Shown here piece after piece: positions 59,718 through 64,000 of a DNA stretch of 64,000 nucleotides (positions within the stretch are counted from its first letter, which is position 1; the number at the start of each line of letters is the position of its first letter). The DNA lies in NCBI GenBank assembly GCA_903899845.1, contig CAIUKV010000251.1, forward strand, positions 82,026 through 146,025. The letters run 5' to 3'. The translations under genes and the position numbers were made by a program. Below the pieces are notes generated by a model that was not told the origin of the DNA, did no database searches, and worked only from the letters and a program-made list of their open reading frames with translations. Source of the stretch: an uncultured Actinomycetes bacterium (GTDB lineage: Bacteria; Actinomycetota; Acidimicrobiia; IMCC26256; PALSA-555).

Positions 59718-60710
59718 GTGCCGACGACCGGAACGACCGACGCCGTGCAGCTCCGGACGGACCGGGGCCGGCGTCGCCGACGTCACGGCCTGGCGGCGGT
59801 GCTCGTCGTCCTGTCCACCGGGGTTCTGGTCCCGGCCGTCCCGGCCGGTGCCCAGTCGGCCACCGCAACCACCCAGGGGAAGTCCTGGAAGGTCGGTGAC
59901 TGCTTCGCCAAGGCGGACCTCGAGGCCGACTCGGTCGTGCTCTCCTCGAAGGTCTCGTGCGACAAGCCGCACTCCGTGCAGATCCTGCACGGCGCGCCCC
60001 TCGCCTCGTTCGGCGCGCCCCTGGCCACCGCGTCGATCAAGACCCTGCAGCGGCAGTCGGGGCCCGAGTACACGGCGCTCCAGGCCGCCGCGGCCAGGAC
60101 GTGCACCACCGCCAACGTCCTCGCCGGGGCGTACCCCCAGAAGGGGTCGGCGCTCGCGACCGCACTCGGGTCGGCGCAGAGCGTCAGCCCGGGGACGTTG
60201 GGCCAGAACGGGTGGGTCGTGCCCGACCCCCGATCCTTCAACGCGGGCAACCGCGACCTGCTGTGCGTCTACTCGACCAACCCGGGCGACTACGGCGAGC
60301 GGGGCGACCTCCGTCGGCTCGAGACCACCGCGGTGCTGCCCGACACCCGGCTCTGCGCGAACTGGGGCGCGTCCCAGCGTTCGTCCTGTGCCCGCCCGCA
60401 CGACATCGAGACGCTGCTGTTCTTCGAGACGCCCCTCGCCGGACGACCCCAGACCCTCGGCGCCTGGGGCACCACCGACTACTCCACCCCCGAGGAGCGC
60501 CAGGCCTGCGCCGCGGCCGCCCGCGTCCTCATGGGTGCCGAGCGACCGGACGTGACGACCGGGGTCTTCCCCAACACCTTCGCCACCCGCGACGGTGCGC
60601 CGATCGTCCTCCTCGAGTGCCAGGTCTACACCGCCGACGAGACGCTGCGGTTCCCGCCGGGGACGCTCACCGGGATCGGGTCGGGACCGATCACGTTCGG
60701 GAAGGTCTGA
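59718..60710 (+). CDS. Secreted Cys-rich protein, possibly septum-formation (PF13845-like) family
   Basis: Arg-rich N-terminus plus a signal (AVPAGAQSA). Two copies of the C...SC(D/A)(K/R)PH...(E/Q) pattern. The family call is tentative. Confidence 0.6.
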   Translation: MPTTGTTDAVQLRTDRGRRRRRHGLAAVLVVLSTGVLVPAVPAGAQSATATTQGKSWKVGDCFAKADLEADSVVLSSKVSCDKPHSVQILHGAPLASFGAPLATASIKTLQRQSGPEYTALQAAAARTCTTANVLAGAYPQKGSALATALGSAQSVSPGTLGQNGWVVPDPRSFNAGNRDLLCVYSTNPGDYGERGDLRRLETTAVLPDTRLCANWGASQRSSCARPHDIETLLFFETPLAGRPQTLGAWGTTDYSTPEERQACAAAARVLMGAERPDVTTGVFPNTFATRDGAPIVLLECQVYTADETLRFPPGTLTGIGSGPITFGKV

Positions 60711-60725
60711 CCACCCCGGTCACCG

Positions 60726-61520
60726 TCACCCGGACCCGGTCGCGATCGCCGCGAGGTAGGCCTCGAGGTCCGCGCCCCGTGTCGCCAGCTCGACCGGGAC
60801 GGCGGCGTCGGTCACGATCAGGAACCGGTCCGCCACCACACCGTCGACGACGGCGCGGGCGGCCGTGTCGGCATCGACGACCGCGAAGGCCGGACCCCGC
60901 GGCGGGGCCACCGTGCCGTAGGCCGTGACCTGCTCGAGGATGTTGGTGGCCACCCCGGCCGGACAGAAGCACGACACCCCGACCCCCCGGGGCCGCAAGG
61001 CGACCGCGAGCGACTCCGACAGGCCCACCACGGCGTGCTTCGACGCGGTGTACGGCAGGCGGTCGAACCCGTACGGGAACAGACCGGCGGTGGACCCCGT
61101 GGTCACGACGTGGCCCGATCCCTGGGCGAGCAGGTCGGGCAGGAACGCGCCGAGGACCCGCACCGTCCCGAAGACGTTCACGTCGAACACCCGCTCCCAG
61201 GCCTCGACCGGAATGGCCTCGACCGGCCCGACGGCGAGGATCCCGGCGTTGCTCATCACGACGTCGACCCGACCGAAGTGCGCCAGGGTCGCCGCCCGCA
61301 CCGCCGCGACGTCATCGGCCCGGGTGACGTCGGCCCGCAGGCCGACGGCGGTCCCACCGGAGGCGCGGATCCCGTCGGCGACCGCGAGTGCCCGACCCTC
61401 GTCGAGGTCGGTGACCACGACCCGGCCGCCGCGCCGCGCGAACTCCTCCGCGCAGGCCCGCCCGATCCCGCTCCCGGCCGCCGTGATGACCACGACGGCG
61501 GTCTCCAGTTCGACCGCCAC
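60726..61520 (-). CDS. SDR-family oxidoreductase
   Basis: VVVITAAGSGIGRA, SNAG, YTASKHAV (Y-x3-K). GGGAGGG precedes GTG 61520. Confidence 0.85.
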   Translation of the reverse strand: MAVELETAVVVITAAGSGIGRACAEEFARRGGRVVVTDLDEGRALAVADGIRASGGTAVGLRADVTRADDVAAVRAATLAHFGRVDVVMSNAGILAVGPVEAIPVEAWERVFDVNVFGTVRVLGAFLPDLLAQGSGHVVTTGSTAGLFPYGFDRLPYTASKHAVVGLSESLAVALRPRGVGVSCFCPAGVATNILEQVTAYGTVAPPRGPAFAVVDADTAARAVVDGVVADRFLIVTDAAVPVELATRGADLEAYLAAIATGSG

Positions 61521-61593
61521 GGTCCCTCCCCCCGGTCGCGTCGGGGTCGGTTCTACACTCCCGCCCGCAGCGACCGCGTCCCGAGGAGCGTCC

Positions 61594-62274
61594 GTGGGTC
61601 CCGACACCACCCGCCCGCCGGCCACCGGCCCGGAAGCGCTCGGGCGCCGCGAAGGGCGGCTGGTCACCCTGGCGTGCGTCGCCGACGCGATCACCGGCGA
61701 CCGGATCGTCGCCGAGGTGCGGGCGGCGCTCGAGTCGGGTGACCTCACCGTCGACGAGATCCTCGAGGCCGTCCTGCACTACGCGGTCTACTGCGGGTGG
61801 CCGAGGGCGTCCAACCTCGAGATGCACGTCCGCCGGGCCCGGGCCGAGATCGACGCCGCCCGCGGGTCGACGCCGACACCGTTCCCGGCCCGCCCCGACG
61901 ACGCCTCCGAGCTCGGGCCCGGGGACTGGCCCACCCGCATCGCCGGTGGTGCCGCCGAGTTCGCCGACGTCAACCTGATCCCCGCCCCACCCGGTGACAC
62001 CCCGTACCAGCACGCCGGGATCCTGGGCTTCGTGTTCGGCCACGTGTGGCAACGCCCGGGCCTCCCCCGGCGGGACCGGCGGTTCCTCACCGTCGCCTGC
62101 GTGGGCCTCGCCGGCGCCCCGGTCCCCATCGCGGCGCACGTCGGCGCAGCGCTCGCCTCGGGTGAGATCACGCCCGCGGAGATGGACGCGGTCGTCGTCC
62201 GCTTCCGGGCGGAGGTCCCCGATGCACGGGCCGAGGCGCTCGCGGCGGCCGTGGTCGCCGCCCGGTCCGGCTGA
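61594..62274 (+). CDS. Carboxymuconolactone decarboxylase (CMD/AhpD-like) family protein, two repeats
   Basis: LTVDEILEAVLHYAVYCGWPRA and a second half with ...GEITPAEMDAVVV.... GAGGAG SD sequence before GTG 61594. Confidence 0.75.
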   Translation: MGPDTTRPPATGPEALGRREGRLVTLACVADAITGDRIVAEVRAALESGDLTVDEILEAVLHYAVYCGWPRASNLEMHVRRARAEIDAARGSTPTPFPARPDDASELGPGDWPTRIAGGAAEFADVNLIPAPPGDTPYQHAGILGFVFGHVWQRPGLPRRDRRFLTVACVGLAGAPVPIAAHVGAALASGEITPAEMDAVVVRFRAEVPDARAEALAAAVVAARSG

Positions 62275-62286
62275 TGCCGGTCCGGG

Positions 62287-64000
62287 TCACCGCGGCGGGG
62301 CGAGGGCACCGAGGAACGCGAGGGCATCGTCGATCGACACCGTCTTGCCCATCGTCGGCAGACACTGCTGCAGGTCGGGTCCGTAGCGTTTGCGGGCGAG
62401 CCGCGGGTCCATGAGCGCGACGACCCCCCGATCGGTCCGGGTCCGGATGAGCCGCCCGGCACCCTGGGCGAGGTGGGTCGCCGCGTGGGGCACGTCGACG
62501 CTGGTGAACGCGGCCGATCCGGCGGCGTCGCGGCGGGCGGCGTGGAGCGGATCGTCGGGCACAGGGAACGGGATGCGGTCGATGACGACCAGGCGCAGCG
62601 GATCCCCGGGCACGTCGATGCCGGCCCAGAACCCCCGCGTCGCGGCGAGCACGCTCGTCTCGTCGGCACGGAACGCCTCGAGCAGCGCGTGCTTGTCCAT
62701 CTCGCCCTGCCGCAGCACCCGGTACGGAGGCGTGTCGGCGAACGCGGTCGCCAGGGTCTCGTCGAGGCCCGCCCAGGAGGTGAACAGCAACAGGGCCCGC
62801 CCGCCCGCCGCGTCGACGAGGCGCCGCGTGGTGGCGGCGGCGCTCGCCCGCCACTGCGGGTCGCTCGGGTCTGGGAGGTCGCGCGCCACGTAGAACAGGG
62901 CCTGGGCCCGGAAGTCGAACGGGCTCGCGACCCGAAGGACGTCGACGTCGATCGCGACCTTCGGACCGAGGCCCGGCGGCACCGTGGCCGAGGTGCACAC
63001 GACGGGCCGCTCACGCCAGTAGCCCCCCAACCGCTCGGCGACGGCGAGAGACGCGATCCGAACCCGCCGGGAGCCGGGTCGCCCCTCCACCCACACCACG
63101 TCGCCGGGCTGGGGCTCGAGCGTCCGGGCCAGCGCCGACGTGAGGCGCGACAGGGCCTTCACCGCACGCTCGGCCCGGACGGTGGTCTCGGGGGCGCCGC
63201 TCGCGCGCGCCGCCTGCGCGCCGACGGCGTTGCACCGCTCGATCAGCGCGGTGACCAGGCCCCCGAGGCGGGCGTCGACACCGAGGCCGTCGGGAAAGCG
63301 CCGGGTGCGTGCCCGGGGCCCGAACTCGATCGCGTCGAGCGCGTCGGCGAACCGGTCCGCGGCCGTACGGGCGTCGGCGCCGCGCGCGTCGCGGTCGGCG
63401 AGCAGGTCGGTGGCGGTCCCGAGGACGCGCCGGATGCGGCCGCCGCCGACGTCCTCGCCCAGGGCCTGGGCCATCACGTCCTCGAGCTCGTGGGCCTCGT
63501 CGACCACGAGCAGGTCCCAGTCCGGGAGCACGGCTCCGTCGGCCTCCACGTCGGCGGCGAGCAGGTGCTGGTTGACCACGACCACCTGGGCCGCGTCGGC
63601 CCGGGCCCGGGCCGCATTGGCCCGGCAGTCGTCCGCGCGCGGGCAGCGGGCCCCGGTGCACTCGTCGGACGCAGTCACGAACCGGGCGAGGGTGGCGGCG
63701 TCGAAGCGGTGCTCGAGCTCGGCGATCTCGCCGGTCGGGCTCGCCTCGGCCCACGCCGCCACCTCGGTGACGACCGCCTCGTCCGCGAAGAGCCCGCCGC
63801 CGACCCGGAGCTCGTCGAGCTTCTGGTGGCAGACGTAGTTCTGGCGCCCCTTGAGGACGGCGAAGTCCACGGCCCCGAGGACCGACGCGAGGCGCGGGAG
63901 GTCCTTGGCCGCGAGCTGGTCCTGGAGGGCCTTCGACGCGGTCGCCACGACCACCCGGCGGTCCAGCACGACGGCGGGCACCAGGTAGGCGAGGGACTTG
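62287..64000 (-). CDS. dinG: DinG/XPD-family ATP-dependent DNA helicase with Fe-S cluster cysteines, 5'-truncated by window edge
   Basis: The frame stays open to 64000 and reads ...KSLAYLVPAVVL (end of a GTGKS Walker A). VVDEAHELED (DEAH). Cys quartet NYVC/DEC/ARC/DDC. Confidence 0.85.
   Translation of the reverse strand, partial: KSLAYLVPAVVLDRRVVVATASKALQDQLAAKDLPRLASVLGAVDFAVLKGRQNYVCHQKLDELRVGGGLFADEAVVTEVAAWAEASPTGEIAELEHRFDAATLARFVTASDECTGARCPRADDCRANAARARADAAQVVVVNQHLLAADVEADGAVLPDWDLLVVDEAHELEDVMAQALGEDVGGGRIRRVLGTATDLLADRDARGADARTAADRFADALDAIEFGPRARTRRFPDGLGVDARLGGLVTALIERCNAVGAQAARASGAPETTVRAERAVKALSRLTSALARTLEPQPGDVVWVEGRPGSRRVRIASLAVAERLGGYWRERPVVCTSATVPPGLGPKVAIDVDVLRVASPFDFRAQALFYVARDLPDPSDPQWRASAAATTRRLVDAAGGRALLLFTSWAGLDETLATAFADTPPYRVLRQGEMDKHALLEAFRADETSVLAATRGFWAGIDVPGDPLRLVVIDRIPFPVPDDPLHAARRDAAGSAAFTSVDVPHAATHLAQGAGRLIRTRTDRGVVALMDPRLARKRYGPDLQQCLPTMGKTVSIDDALAFLGALAPPR

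Noticed and set aside
1-64000. tRNA, rRNA, riboswitch, prophage or defence-island content
   Set aside because: No T-loop-like GGTTCGAATCC-type motifs or rRNA-like stretches were seen. Intergenic regions are almost all under 145 bp (largest 209 bp). I recognised no phage, restriction-modification, Cas or toxin-antitoxin gene families by motif. A covariance-model scan (Infernal/Rfam, tRNAscan-SE) would be needed to be certain.

Overview
This is a 64-kb window of very GC-rich, actinobacterial-type chromosome (roughly 70% GC or more, judged by eye). It is almost fully coding. I call 58 CDS; the two at the window edges are truncated. I recognised no rRNA, tRNA, CRISPR array, transposase, integrase or prophage genes. 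All family calls come from reading motifs in the supplied translations. No BLAST or HMM search was run.

Content:
- **Positions 1-42 kb:** a paralog-dense block of catabolic and redox genes. It holds 7 luciferase-like (LLM, flavin/F420) oxidoreductases, 3 PF04909-type amidohydrolases, 5 AMP-forming acyl-CoA ligases (3 in tandem behind a sulfatase), 2 Cys-type sulfatases, SDRs, hotdog thioesterases, a BKACE/DUF849 enzyme and an enoyl-CoA hydratase. Two of the window's three D-aminoacylase-family amidohydrolases are here; the third is at 50.5 kb.
- **Positions 42-64 kb:** Nei glycosylase, a MarR regulator with a two-gene ABC exporter, dehydrogenases, a coiled-coil peptidoglycan hydrolase, a Coq4-like protein, a Cache/HAMP sensor paired with a degenerate MinD-like protein, an SbtA-like permease, a secreted DUF1524-Excalibur nuclease, a Cys-rich secreted protein and a DinG-type Fe-S helicase.

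Most interesting candidates:
1. An output-less Cache/HAMP membrane sensor is translationally coupled to a MinD/ParA-fold protein whose Walker A lysines are missing (55099-57257).
2. An operon runs LLM, then a thioredoxin-fold CxxC protein, then a three-domain ferredoxin-like protein, ending next to a stand-alone Prx5 peroxiredoxin (27593-30535).
3. A TANNNT box sits 6-7 nt before the start codon at 14 genes. This is the leaderless-transcript signature. One case is an 18-bp back-to-back divergent pair.
4. Short tandem repeats (8-38 bp units) lie at many gene junctions and 5' regions.

The many long alternate-frame and antisense ORFs in the track are treated as high-GC artefacts.
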